From: Blasia pusilla
Taxonomy: Eukaryota
NCBI GenBank assembly: GCA_050084515.1
Contig: CM114271.1
Span: 21,824,001 to 21,888,000, forward strand
DNA: 64,000 bases
Reading direction: 5' to 3'
Made by a program: the position numbers and the translations under genes. Below, one piece after another: positions 11,467-25,200 of this stretch. The notes under the pieces are model-generated. The model had not been told where the DNA came from, ran no database searches, and worked only from the letters and a program-made list of their open reading frames with translations. Numbering within the stretch: the first letter of the stretch is position 1; the number at the start of each line of letters is the position of its first letter.

Positions 11467-14301
11467 ATGGAAGCCCCAGTTGCTGAAGTCAATGAGGCGC
11501 TCACAAGCTCGAGACCTACCTATGCGTTAAATCCTGATCAACTTTCACGCTATGTCGACTCGACTCCTTTCACCGAGGGAGAAATTTTAAATCTCCATAA
11601 AAAATTCCACGTACTTTCCCACTTCCCCTCTTAAGAAGAATTGAACAGGACTTCAAAAGAGAGAAACAAATATAATGATCATGACAATGAATTAGAGCTC
11701 ACAGAGTGATTGAATTCCCGTTGTGCACTCAGCCTTGCTTCTTAGAACCTGAGGTGGCAGACTATCAAATCTCCCGACATGGCGACCGGAAGTGATTGCA
11801 AAACGATCTTGATCTTCAGGAAGCAAGTCGTTTCTGATAATTGATGCAAGCACAACCCGCCCTCTCGAGCAGGTTAATTCAGTAAGACCGGTTGTCCACA
11901 GGGAGGAGGTCCAGAGAGTACTGCATTAGAGGTAGAGATTTAAATGGTTTGCTTGTAGGAAACCCTAGTTTGAAGACCGCGGTATTTCGTCCAATTGACA
12001 CCAACTACGATCCAATCTGTTTTAATTTCCCGGAAAAGAGCAGTTGCTGTTTCCTCGACCAAGGAGAGGCTTTCCTCCTTATCAGAAGCTCTGGAATTCT
12101 AGGTACAGCTCAGGAGCGTAGCCAACGATCGGACACCAATCCTCGCTCATATCACCGATGCTTGAAGACAGCCTTCGCCACGTCCCCCGCCTTCTTTCCA
12201 CTGATTCATCGCGCCCTTCTGATATCGCGTCAATGCGATGCCCATCTTACTTTTAAGGTGACCATGGGTAGGCTGAAAAAAATTCCGTAACAAGGTTTGA
12301 GCCTGGATTGGTATGAATCTATGAAAGTTGATTGCATAAACATCGATGAGTCATGAGAAATTGAGAAGCAGCGATAAGAATTTCAAAAATCTAAACATTC
12401 TTTTCCATGCAAATGAGAATATTATTCTTTTGAGGCGGGCTGATTGAACTGGAAACTTTCTGCATGTATGGCAGGAGCTGAGTCGAGATGGGCTGGACAG
12501 AATATTACACGACGAGCTGATTCAAGTCGAGCAGATGCGAGCAAATCCTTTCGCTTCTAGGATCTGTGAGTTGTTTAGCGAGGATGGCTCTGGAGTTCTC
12601 ACGTTTGAAAACTTCCTCAATATGATGTCGGTGTTTTCTCTTCACACTCGACCGGAAGTGAAAATGGTTTGGGCTTTTGCGATGTGGGACTTCGACGGCG
12701 ATGACGTCATCGGTCCTGGTAAGCTCTGCATCTCATCACATCTCATCTCCAGCTTTGACCTCCAGCCAACCTCAGTCGATCGCACTCCAACCCTTTTTTA
12801 TATGTGTGGTCCTGTACCTCAGGGATACGTAAAGAAGATCTTCTTCCACGATCAATAGTACTCGAGCGTTCTAGAGTTTATTTCATATGATTAAACAGAC
12901 TCCTCAAAAAAGTGACCTAGCAGGCAAGCCGAGAGTAGTGTCGGAAGGCAAATGAATGCCAGGAGAAAAGCTTAGTATATTCCTCATACAAACATACGAT
13001 CGCAGTGCCTTTTCTCCTGGCATTCAAAAAGTTCCCACTGTAACTTTCTAGTTCCTAGATCCGCAGCCTTTCTCTCTTCACTGGGAGCCTTGCGAGACTT
13101 GTAATTCGGTCCGTTTCTCTACTAACCTGACATAGATACAAGGGACGCTGCATGGTCCAAGCTGTCCAGAGAGTACTATTGTATCATCGATGCATGTTCT
13201 GAGTATAACTTGAAGTAGGACCCACATCGTTGCTCTCTCCACTTGGAGCCTTGCAAGACTTGTAATGTCGTCCGTTTCTTTAGTTACATACATAGGATAG
13301 ATATAAGGGACGCTCCATATGATCCAATTTGTCCAGATAGTACTACAGTATCAGTGATGCATGTGCACGTTTCCGACCCTGTAATTTGTTTCTACTTCTT
13401 CCTGCTTAGAGGGGGAAGTTCAAGATGGGGAGGAGCACCCCAAGCACAAGTGTTACGGGTCGAAAGACTGTTAGAATCCGAACACAACGGGAATAATTTT
13501 TAATCGCATGCATCTGTAAACATCAAGTCGTCCAAAATCAGTTAGAATGTTCCAAAGGGAGCAATTAAACACAGCATCATTTGATGAATTTATGAAGAGC
13601 TGGGGAGTGAGAAGTGTGTCAAGATGAGGTCGTGAAAGGCACGGTCTTAACGCCGTGCCTTTCCAGGGATCTCCCGTGGAATGCAGTAGTAAAGAAGGTC
13701 GTTCTCTTCTTGAAGTTCATGAACTGAGGACGTTGGTTCCATGAGAGCACTCGTGTAAACTAGGATTCTAGTGCATGTATGCAGATCTTCCACCATCATT
13801 GAAAGCATCTAACCCCGTCTACTAAAACTACCAATGAGGAAGACACACCTGAAAGCTCCACTGCGTATGCTCATGCACGTCCAGTGTTTACAGTAGGTCT
13901 ACGCTGGGGTCACCGTTTGACTTATCTAAAGTAAGGCCTACATTCTGTCCAGAGACTCTAGCTTCGATGAGGCACAAGAAGAGAAAAGCCAAACATAGAC
14001 TCTAGCTTCGATAGAGGCACAAGAAGTTGTAAGTCACTGACAGACGGCTCCGCGCGCAGGTGACATAAGGTATGGACTGAATCTAATAACCTGCTCTGGA
14101 GTTGCAATGAGCCCAAGCCTGAAGATTTTGACTCGAGTGCCTTCGGCCGCTGCGTTGGAAGACCATGAATTGGATGGCTTGGTGAATGAGGTTGTGAGAG
14201 AGTTGGACCCTGAGGGCTATGGTCTGGGCTATCACGACTTTCGGTCCATTCTTGCTCGTATGCCAGACTTTATTACCAACTTTCGCATGTCATTCTGGTA
14301 A
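11467..14301 (+). CDS. Calcium- and integrin-binding (CIB2/3-like) EF-hand protein; exons 11467-11610, 12475-12718, 14060-14301
   Basis: The exons join in frame: ..YVDSTPFTEGEILNLHKKFH|..MRANPFASRICELFSEDGSGVLTFENFLNMMSVFS..KMVWAFAMWDFDGDDVIGPG|DI..VVRELDPEGYGLGYHDFRSILARMPDFITNFRMSFW*. This matches CIB-family motifs (NPF..RI..FSEDG.G.LTF; C-terminal A..PDF..F.I). Confidence 0.85.
13074..13363 (+). repeat. Diverged ~160-bp direct duplication in CIB intron 2
   Basis: ggagccttgc(g/a)agacttgtaat..gtccgtttct..aagggacgct..tgtccaga(g/t)agtacta..gatgcatg occurs twice (~13075 and ~13235). Confidence 0.8.
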
Positions 14302-15399
14302 TGTCCCGACACACTGCTTCCATCTCAAAGAATCCGACGCCAACTCCGCAGAAAGGAGTCCGGATAGTTTACGGATGCCTACTTCGACGAGTGGAACTCT
14401 ACTGGAGACCTCGAGCATTTCGCTTCAGTTCTCCTTGCAGTCAGTCAGGATTATGACTGCTTTCACATAGCATCAGTAATAATCAACTTTCATTTTATTC
14501 TACATTCGTAGCTCGCTAGCTTCAGCCTGTCAATCTCTCAACCGTCGCGTTTCTGAATCCTCAACTCTTCCCCACGGGGGAAAAGTTCGGGGAACGTCAC
14601 TCGTCGTTGAGTGAAGCTTGTTTAATAATACTAAGTTTTTAAAATTTTATTGAATAAATAATAATATCATTTGAAAGACAAAATCATTTTTCGGACGTCC
14701 TTAAGAAAACTGCACACCAAAATAGGTGCCTTTTTTCCAAACTGGAATCCACCGTAACCAGGGCATCCGAGACCTCCGAACTCCGGCGTATCCGCATTTG
14801 AGTAGCCCTAATACGTGAATAGCTTTCCGACGTACTGGTGCTAAACTAGCGGGAGATTAGATCCTAATTCTTGGGGGCTGAAGTTAGAGACGCTCTTTAG
14901 GAAACCCACTTGATTGACTTCGTGAGCTTGCTGCATTGAAATGGGTTTCTTGAAGGCCCCGACGTCGCCACCTGCGACCAGAAGTGACCATAATTTTCTC
15001 CCCAGCGAGCAACGATTTCTCAACATCCAAACCTGAAAAATATTCTAGAGTCTTCATTCCTTGGATCATAACTTTGACGTCGTGCTCCATGTCACTCCAC
15101 ATTAAGTATTGAGATGCCCTTTGCATCATCATTGACTTGTCAAGTTCTTGTGCCAAATTCTCTTTTGAATAAATTTAAACTAATGAGTTTTATAAGAAAT
15201 TCATATGAAATTTGTTAAATATCATTTGCATACGTATTATTACATAATATGTAATTGTTTTTTTATACAATATCAATTTTTTCGACACATGGGTAGATCC
15301 ACACACAAACAAAATATATTAATAAATGTACATTAAGATCATGCATTCATCCCTTGTACGTTTAGCGTTTGTGGATATAGGGCGGTTTCCTAGTAGATC

Positions 15400-16100
15400 A
15401 TTTATATGATCCGAGGTTGTTAGTGGCATAGATGAGTTAGATCAGGAGAGGCTCGGGGTGAGTCTAAATGTTGACTGTGCGTGAGGCGGGGTGTGTCATC
15501 AGGGGATCAACATTAGCACGTAAGCTAGTGAGGAGTGTGGAGTGTGCTCAAGCACTCAGACTCTTCATGAATCTGAGTGCTTGAGCACGTGAGGCAGGGT
15601 TATCATTACGGCGTTCTTCTTGGGCTCGTGGTAGTTTGACCAATAATAGTGCAATTATACGGAGTGGAATGAGGTATGGAGGGGATTCGAGTGACGAACT
15701 TCCCCGACTTCAATCTGTGGTTGGATCGTCATCATTGGACAACGAGTCTAATGACAAGATTGTAGGCAGAGGCAATGACTCATCAAGAGAGATGGACGAC
15801 ATGAGCCACAAAAGCATGCGTCGTTTCTTGGGTGTGGTAGCCCCGGTAGGCACCATCGACTTAGATGATTTCATCCAGGATTTTGACATGTGGTATGATT
15901 TCCAGGAGATTCAAGCCCCTACATGATTAAACCTTCTAGGGTCGTGCGATGGATGATTATTGGGAGTTCCGGTGTTTACACACAGTATAGATTGATGCCT
16001 TGAAGGTGTATTGAGCTCTAGGATATGTATCCACTATTGATTGTGAGGCGTACAATGGGGTAGTGGGAGAGGATAGACCTACACCATTAACCCGGGGACT
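15400..16100 (+). mobile_element. Gypsy leader and 5' gag fragment (DNMT-bearing family)
   Basis: MDDMSHKSMRRFLGVVAPVGTIDLDDFIQDFDMWYDFQE is homologous to the gag start at ~22340. A perfect 17-bp hairpin lies at 15544-15588. Confidence 0.7.
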
Positions 16101-16104
16101 AGAT

Positions 16105-18830
16105 TATCATACGCATACACATCGCTGGTCACATCTACACACCATACAACATTGATATTCCCTACACACGGGTCGATCTACTTATAAATAAAATATACAC
16201 TCACGCCTATACATCGAGAGTCAAGACCACACAACAAAATCAGAGGAAAAAGGTCTCATTCGGTCTAAAACTCCACTTTTGAATCTATATTGGCATATCA
16301 AGCCACATCCACTCTCCGTTATGAGGGAATCCGGACGCTAGCACCTTAGTTTTTACATATACATGCAAGAGTGGTGCTCCTAAGGCCCAACATGACTTGG
16401 GAAAGCCATCTCTCCCTCTCGTTTAGCCTTGGGGGACGAGTCAAAAGGCTTTTTTGCCAAAAATAGCCATCCCACTGGTAACCTGCGTGCACAAGTTGTC
16501 GAGTGATCGTTGACTTGGTCAATAGGTCACCTGACTGACTAAGACCAAAATAGGGAAATATTTAGAGACAATGTTCCCAATGCAACGGGCATGTTGCCAA
16601 CCTCATCGGACATCTAAGAATATAGCTACACCCAAACCCCGCTAACCCTCTATGTTGTCGGCGCGATAGAACCCTATCTATCGACTAACTAAGATGTGAT
16701 AGTTGTTGTGCGCATACACATTGCTACAAAATCCAAGTCGTTGGTCACATCTACACACCACACAACGCCGATCTTCCCAACGCACGGGTTGATCCAATCA
16801 TATATGAAATATACGCTTACGCTTATACATCAAGACTACACAACCTTCCCTTAGCTGGTAGTTGGATCCCCCTAACTCCAGATAGTAGACATCGCATCTA
16901 CTTATTATCATCTACTACTCCATACACATTGGTGCCGTCATCCCGCCCCGCAACATCTCCCAACACATACTCTTATGTGGATCTCACTCATCTATCTCCA
17001 CCTAGAGATATCGATATATCCAAATTGATGTCATCTTGCAACATTATAGCTACCCACCCTTTTGGTTCCTCCAAAGAGATCTAACACTCTTGCATCCTCC
17101 TTTAGACGTTGCCACACAACAAGTGTAGTACTCAAAGATAACCAAATTGGAGTGTTTCGCTTAGTTAGTCCGACAAGTACACTGTATCACGCGTACGTAG
17201 CGCTTCCTACTTGATTCGGGATCGCAACCCTTGATATTAGGGAAGGCGGCATGTTTGGCATTGGGGTTATGGAAAGGTGACAGTGAGCCTTGTCCATTTC
17301 ACATACGTATAGACCTGTATTGGGGGTCTGTCATCCACACAATACATGACTCGACCTGAGTTAGTCGTTAGACTCCAACCAAAGCGAAACCCTGTAATTT
17401 GGTTATCTATCAACACTACACATGGTGTCATCATGGCTCGCTCTATCGTTGGCCTAGTTGGTACCTCTACCAACTTCGCCGCCGCAACATGCCATAACTA
17501 GGCGGGGGACATCCCAAGCACATGCTCTGAGGGCAGTTCCACCACCTCCTCACCAACCATCTCGGAACAAGAGGTTGTCATCTCTCCACGTACACTCACA
17601 CAACATGGTAGCCAACCAGAACATCTCCGTTGGTACAACTCTCATCGTCGCTAACTCCATGGCAAAAAACAACAGAGTCTGGCTCACTCTATTGGCCACC
17701 TCCAACAATGTGATCGATATAGGCTTCACCCGAGCCAGCATAGGAGTCATCTCACCAATTCTTTGTGATGTCGACGCACCTGCCTCACCTGTGGGCAGTA
17801 TAGGTCGTCTAGGCACCATCGATGGTATGTGCAGTGCCTCTAACAACAAAAATTACTGGGAACCCTGGCCTGTTGCCCATCACTTCCCTAATGTGGATTT
17901 ATCTTCACCCCACCTCCCAAGGGCTCAGTCACTTTCATAGCACCCCGAGTCACCACCGCAGCAACCTCTACGTGAGCCGCACAACACATAAACCTCAACC
18001 CTACATAATCCTCCCCTCTATCCTGATACAATATGGAGGCTCAAGCCACACTAGCTACCCTCGGCTTTGTGCTTGCCATTGGCTACATCATTGTCATGGC
18101 AGCCATCTTCTTCTCCAATTGATTGATATATGTCAAGAGCGATGTATCGGCTACACATCCTCCATCTATTCAGATTGGTGGTGGGACCCTACCACCATGA
18201 TTGTCAACTCCTTGATCTAAACCAACTCTCTTGCATCCAAGTCCTTGGCCTACTTATGGACGTAGCTTTTGGAAAGGATCAAAACACCTATCCCTAGTGT
18301 GACCTTATCGGTGACAATGGTCATACTACAACTATGGTGGGACCATCCTAAGTTGCTCCTAAACACTTAGAGGCACCCTAGGCCCTCTACCATGTTGTGG
18401 GCAGTCTCTCTACCTATGGGCCCCACCACACATCCAAAAAGCCATATTTGGTCCCTGTTGGGCAACGTATGTTGGTACGGGCGATTGCCTCATCGCCTCA
18501 CAATACCGGTCCTACTCTCTTGGCCTCACTAGTGCATGTTGGGGCATCTATGGGGCTACTCCTACTTGTGGACCCGTTGAATCTCGTGAAAATCTCATGG
18601 TCATCACTTGCTCCTTACACATTTTGAGCTAAATCCACTTATCTTGCACTCTCCTCCGTCATTCCCAATCCAGAACCCCGTACAAGTATTGAACTAAATA
18701 TGCTTCAATCACTCAATATGTGATGATCAGTTGCCGCATGCGCGTGAATGCCTCTCTCAAACTCTCACCCAATCTCCACCAAAACTCTTGCTAGAATCTT
18801 CAGCTTATCAATTCATACCTTGTGCATTAG
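16105..18830 (-). mobile_element. Copy A: internally deleted Gypsy derivative (gag, inverted protease piece, DNMT motif I/II remnant, PPT-like tract, short LTR-end units)
   Basis: The minus strand is colinear with 22755-25400. RVLDLFGG is at 17067-17090 and RYL*VEIDE at 16987-17013. The protease motif LLDSGSQPLILGK at ~17207 is on the plus strand. LTR-end units lie at ~16704-16845 and ~16105-16235. Confidence 0.75.
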
Positions 18831-19229
18831 TTCATTGGTTTTAGCGTGTTTTGGAATGGGGCAGTAGTGGTTTCACGTGGAGCAGCACAAATTGATTCTA
18901 GATGGGTATCACTTTGCAGAGCATACAAGATAACCTGCCAGGGCAGACATTGGGACATATCTCGAGTGCGATGGGATCGATATGGATCATCTAGGGGGCC
19001 AAGACTCTCAAGTTCTCCTTCTTTCTCAATCCCCATCTACAATCATGAAGAGGAGCCACTGGTTAGCCCCGTGAAATCTTTTGTACACGAACCGATGAGA
19101 GTTAGGAACATTTTTGTAAATGACAAGGCGGAAGAGATCATAGACTAGAATTTGTAGTTTAGGAAATCCAATGTAAACATCTGAATTGCAAATGGATTTC
19201 AATAAACGAATTTAAATGTGTTTCTCAAA

Positions 19230-20210
19230 CTTTTTTGCTATCAGTTTGAGTGCTTTTTGAGCTATCAGTTTCCGACTTACGAAAACTTGTATTTTTGGAA
19301 TACATGTATTTTTTTTCACACTGCCTCCAACTTATCAGATTTTGACAATTCGAAACTTTTCTTTTGCTATTCCATGTATGGTGTTCAGATGGTGTTTGTG
19401 ATAACCTATTCCTGCAACCTATCATATTCCAACAAGTTGCATGTTTGAATGTGGATTTCCTATCATTTCTTCATATGGATGTGAAGTTGTTTCCTGAAAT
19501 TTTGCAGTTGTCATGTCTTGCTACCTCTCGGATACCAACAGCTTGCAAGCAGTCTTTTTTTTTTCGTAATTCTTTCTTTTTTCTTAGCCTTGATGAGCCA
19601 TGTTTGTTTTCATTTTTTCTTCGTCTCATGTCTTGCAACGTGTCGGATTCCGACGGGTTGCATGTCTGAATGGAACCTGTGTGCTTCCTAGCATTTCTTC
19701 ATATGGATGTTTCTTTTTTCTTACATCATGCCTTGCAGCCTGTCAGATTCCGACGGGTTGCATGTCTGAATGGAACTTATGTGTTTCCTACCTTTCTCTG
19801 CCTTCACATGTATGTTATGTTCCTATTTCCTTCAATTTTTCAATGGCCATGTATTTCCTCTCATTATTTTCCTTGTTTGGATTTGGACGAGTTGCAGGTC
19901 TGGATGGAACCTCTGTGTTTATGATCCTTTCCGCATATGTATTTCTAGTTTTAGGGTAGAATTTTACAATGGTCATGTCTAACATGTCTAATTCCAAGAG
20001 GTTGCTTGTAGTGTCTCTAGTAACCTCGTTCATTCTTTTTTCTTACCCCCTTTTTCTTACATCCTATCATGCAATCCTTCAGATTCCGACAAGTTCCATG
20101 TTAGGATGATTTCCTTCTATTCATTTCATTCACTTTATTTTTTTTAATCATGTGTTGCTTCTACGTTTCTTCACTTTTGACGTCTTGCAACCTATCAGAT
20201 TCCGACTGGT
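19230..20210 (+). repeat. Degenerate T-rich tandem array with a recurring tcagattccgac(gggttgcatgtctgaatggaac) core
   Basis: The core recurs at ~19264, 19335, 19643, 19743, 20078 and 20195; the best-preserved pair is about 100 bp apart. Confidence 0.7.
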
Positions 20211-22299
20211 TAGTTTGGTGATTGCTTCTCTTTTCCTCTCAGTCCTTCCTTTTAGGCATTCTTGTTGGCTTCCTTAACTTTTAACATGTGTGTTTAAGCA
20301 CAATTCTAAACACCATCAACCTTCTACAGACTCCATATACCTATTCTTGAGCCAAGTCTTCTAACTCATTCGTGGCCTCCAAGTCTTCTGAGTCATTGTT
20401 GGAAATATTGCAATCCTTCACTTTCTATCAACTTCACCAAATCACCTCTCCTCTTTTTCAATTCCCTTATCTCCAAGACTATCATGATTGGTTGTTGAAT
20501 TCTGACAACGTATTGGGAATGAGGATGAGAGTCTTGGGCTAGAGCCCATAGTCAAAGTGTATTTTGAACGGCTTTGATTAGTTCTGTAGTGATAAAATCC
20601 CATCTCATGGATTTGCATTGATAAGATACCCTCCTTCCCTATAACATTGGCCTACACAAAGAGTGATTTAAGCATGTCTGAAGTGATCTCCACTATTCCA
20701 TCTTCACATCCTGATGTGAAAAATGATGTTAGTTTTTGCCCCAACCTGGTCCACTTGTTACTCTCTTCAAAACATTTCTGACTCTCATTCTGAGATCAAA
20801 GAGACTCTCATCCTCATTCCCAACCTTCTGGCATTTGAAGTAGAGGAGAAAATTCAAAAATGGTGAAAATTTTGAAGAGAGATTAAGGATTTTGTCTTTT
20901 TTAGAAGAGACACTCTCCTAAACCCTAGACCCTAAACCCTAAACCCTCTTCCTCTCCTCTCTTCTTCTCTCCTGCCAAAATACCAGCCCCCGGTCGGGGC
21001 ATGGGTGCATTAGGAGGAAGGGAGTGCATAAGGGCCCGTGTGAGCCCGCCTTCATGGGGAAAGAGGGATCGGCTCATGGGGAAGTGTGCCATGGGCAACC
21101 ACAGAGTTGGGTCATAGGTTCGGGAGCCAAAAGCTAGGAATCACGGGCAAACGGAGTTAGGAGTGTGTGGGCGTAAGGGCTACAGATAGAGACAAGGACT
21201 CACGCATGGAAAGGGTGCCTCTATGTGCATAGGGAGGCGTGCACCTAAGGTGTGAGTGTAGAATTCTGAAGGAAAAAGGAAGAGTTGTGGCATAAGGACG
21301 CTTGTTGCATGTGCCACTCGGGTGTACAAGGTAGGTGCAAGGAGTGGGAGTGAATTGAGGGTTGGGGTTGGGTGATTCTGCATAGGGAGGCGCACGTTGA
21401 TGCGTGTAAGGATAGAACGGGAAGAGTAGGGAGTAAGCGGGGCTAGTCAGGTGGCCCAAATAGCCGCGAGTTGAGCAAGAGATGGGAGGAGGCTATCACA
21501 CAGGTGCAGAGCAAGGAAGGAGACATGTAAGGGCGCCGCATAGTGCAACGTGCTTGCAAGAAGGGGGAGTTGCATAGGTCGTCGAGCTAGGGAGCGAGCA
21601 AGGAAGAGCTGCATACGTATTCTAAGTGGGCAACATGGTTGGTTGGAGGAAGTTGTGATAAACAGATAGACGAGATTGGATCCAGACCTGGTGATTCAAC
21701 AACTACTCAGTTAGTAAGGCAATACATGGTGGGATTCGTAGGAGGGGATGGAGTTAGACATTGGACCTGGTAGGACATAACAGGAATAGCCGGTCATTGG
21801 AGAACAACATGGTTGAGGGGAGTTGCAATTTTCCCGCATTAGTAGGACTTTTGAGAGCAGGTTTTGCCAATATGCATTTGCTACCTAGTTGGAGAGAGTT
21901 TGTGATGGAGTGTTACTAGTGGAGGCACACACGCTAATGTTGATGGATAGTCCACATCTATTGACGGGACGTTCGACGTGTTGTTCAAGGAGATTCTCGT
22001 GTTGTGGAGGTTATCGCTATGTGGAGCAAGAAATGTTGATTGTGCAATATATTGATGGCGAGCGTGTTCACATTATCCATTTGAGTCCCTTTAGCCCACA
22101 CTTGTCTCGTATTATTGAGGGTGTTGGGTATCGGGTAGAGCTTAGGCTATATTGGTGTAGTGATAAATGGCGAGTGTAGTCTCCTTGCATGTGTAGCATG
22201 TTGGTGGATATAATGCAGTTGCCCAAGTAGGGGTTGCATGTATGGCCCGAGAGAGTGTGTCAATAGCTTAGGTAAGCTAGTTTGGGAGGCTCAGGGTGA

Positions 22300-25200
22300 G
22301 CCCGAGTGTTAAGTGTGGGTGAGGCCAGATACGTCATCTGAGATGGACGATATGGGCCATGGAGGCATGCGTCATTTCTCGGGTGCCGTGGGTGCCATCA
22401 ACTTAGATGAATTCATCCGGAGTTTGACACATGGTACGACTTCTAGGAGATATATATGAGCTCCTACATGGTTCATCCTTTCATGGCGTGGAAGGGTTTG
22501 TTTCAGCATTTAGAGGGTCCTCCGATGGATGACTACATGGAGTTTCAGTCTTTATACTTAGTAGAGATTGATGCTTGGAGGATGTATTGGGCTCTAGGGT
22601 ATGTGTCCACTAGTGGCCACGAGGCATATGATGCAATTGTGAGAGGGGAGAGGCCTACACCATCACCCAGGGACTTGATGGAGAGGATGGGAGTGAGGAT
22701 GGTAAGGCGACAAAGTCCTTTTGTGCTAGAGGTTCACCCAATTTCAATCTTATAGTGGAGTTCTTTCAACAATTAGGGAGGAGCTATCTGGGCGTGCGGA
22801 CCGACAAGCTGAAGAGTCTACAAGATTTTCAACGGAGATCAGATAAGAGTCTGAGAGAGGCGTTCATGCACATACGGCAATTGATCATTGCCATATATGG
22901 AGTGACTCAGGCACAGTCAATGCACTTTTGGTACGGGGTGTTGGACCAAGAGCTACGAAGGAGAGTCTGAGATGCAATATTGCTTCACACTGAGAAGCCC
23001 ACATTGAAGGTGATCTTCGAGTTGTTTGATCGAGCGGGTAGAGCTCAACATGAAAGAGGAGTATGTGGTGACCACGGGATTTTCAGGGGATTCGATAGAT
23101 CCAAGGGATTCGACAGATCCATGAGTAGAAGTAGCCCCATAGGTACCCTAGCATGCACCAATACCGCGGGAACAAGCCAGTGGGCCAAAGGAGCAGGGCA
23201 GTTATTATGAGCCCATGAGGCAACAACCCGTATCGACATATGTTGGCCAATAGGGATTGGCTTGTTGGACCCATAGGCAGAGGGATTACCCACAGCATGG
23301 TAGAGGGTCTAGGGTGCCCCTGGGTATTCAGGAGCCACCTAGGATGGCCCCATCACAATTGTAGTGTGACCAATACCACCGATATGGTCACACTAGGGAT
23401 AGGTGTTTTGATCTTCGCGGACGGCTACGGCCAGAGGTAGGCCGAGGGCTTGGGGGCAAGAGAGTTGGTAGAGATCAAGGAGTTGATGATCATGGTGGTG
23501 GGGCTCCACCACGTACCACTCAAAGGAGATGGAGGATGTGCATCTGATGCAGCACTCCTCACTCGCATCGATGAATTGGAGCAGAGGATTGTTGCCATGG
23601 CGATGATGCAATTCGTGACAGGTACAAAGCCAAGGGTCGCTAGTATGGCTCTAGTCTCCACATTGTATCAGGATATGGGGAGTATTATGCATGCTTGAGG
23701 TTTATATGCAGTGCAGCTCAGGTCGAGGTTGTTGCGGTGATGACTCAGGGTGTTGCAAGAGTGATCAATCCATTGAGAGGTGGGGTGGAGATAGACCCAC
23801 AGGAGGGAACCAATGGGCAATAGGCTAGGGTTACCCAGTCGCTTCTGTTGTCTATGGCACTTCACATATTTTCAATGGTGCATAGACAATTAGTAGAGCC
23901 CATAGGTGAGATAGGTGCGTCCATATCACAAGGAGTTGGAAAGATGACTCCTATACCAGATATGGTGGAAGCAATGTTGACCATGTTAACGTTGTTGGAG
24001 GTGGCCACTAGGGTGAGCCATGCTCCGTTATTTTCCGTCATAGAGTTGGTAACAAAGGGAGTTGGACCAACAAAGGTGTTTTGGCTGGCCGCCACATTGT
24101 ATGAGTGTGGAGAGGTGGCTACCCCTTGTTCGGAGGTTCTTGTTTGAGGAGGCCATGGACCTACCCTAGGAGCATGTGCTCGAGATGTCCCCCACTCAAT
24201 CATAGCATGCTTTAGCAGCAAAGTTGGTGGATATGATCGCTAGGTCAGCAATAGAGCGAGCCATGATGACACTCGGTGTGGTGTTGTTAGAAAACTGAGT
24301 TGGAGTGTTTTACTTGGTTAGTCCTACGGGTATCGTGTACCACCCGCACCGCGTCCTACTTGATCCAAGAGCATAGCCCCTGATGTTGGGGAAGCTCGTG
24401 GAGAAGGCTATGTGTTTGGCATCAGGGTTATGGAAAGACGACATTGAGCCTTTTCCCTTTTAGATACAGAACTTTATTGGGGGTGTGTCAACTCCGTAGT
24501 TCATGACTCGACATAAGTTAGTTGTTAGACTCTAGCCCGAGCATAAGTCAGATAGTTTGATGGTGCGCACTTCGGCGATTATGATACCAACAGAGTGGTA
24601 TGATGTGTTGGTAGGGAGTACAATGTTGTACCCACTTGGTTTTATTCTTGATTTTTGGAGGAGATGGTTTCTTATTGGCCACGGTGGCAATTAGGTGATG
24701 GACAGGTGAACCATCTAGTGGTACAATTTGCGTAGTGGTGGTTGACCACATGATGATATATTGACCATGCTGGTAGCATTCATATGTGGTGTTAGTTGAC
24801 CAAGTGAGTTATCGGTGAGGAGCACCCATGCGGAGGACATTCCCATAGAAGATAGTCCCATGAAGAGACATGCCATTGTGGGTGTCTCTTCCCATGGTGC
24901 AAGGACTTCTTTACCGTTGTGGGTACAAGCCTAAAGTTATAGAGGAGTGGAGATGAGCTCATGAGGCAAGCGTGGAGCCGTGCTTGTGTCTTGGAGTAGA
25001 TAGGGTCAGTGATGGTCGTGTTCTTGGAATGGAGGGTTGATATCTTTGTATACCACTCTTGTTATGTGGCAGCCTCTGGATGAGGGTGTGAGAGTGTTAG
25101 ATCTCGTCGGATGGGATCAACACGGAAGGTAGTTGCGATGTTACAGTGTTGCGGGGATGACGGCACCGATGGTGCTAGATGTGTATAGAGTAGTAGATCA

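Noticed and set aside
14884-15395. 90-aa ORF and a possible second Helitron end (..gggcggtttcCTAGT at ~15390)
   Set aside because: No convincing hairpin or homology is visible.
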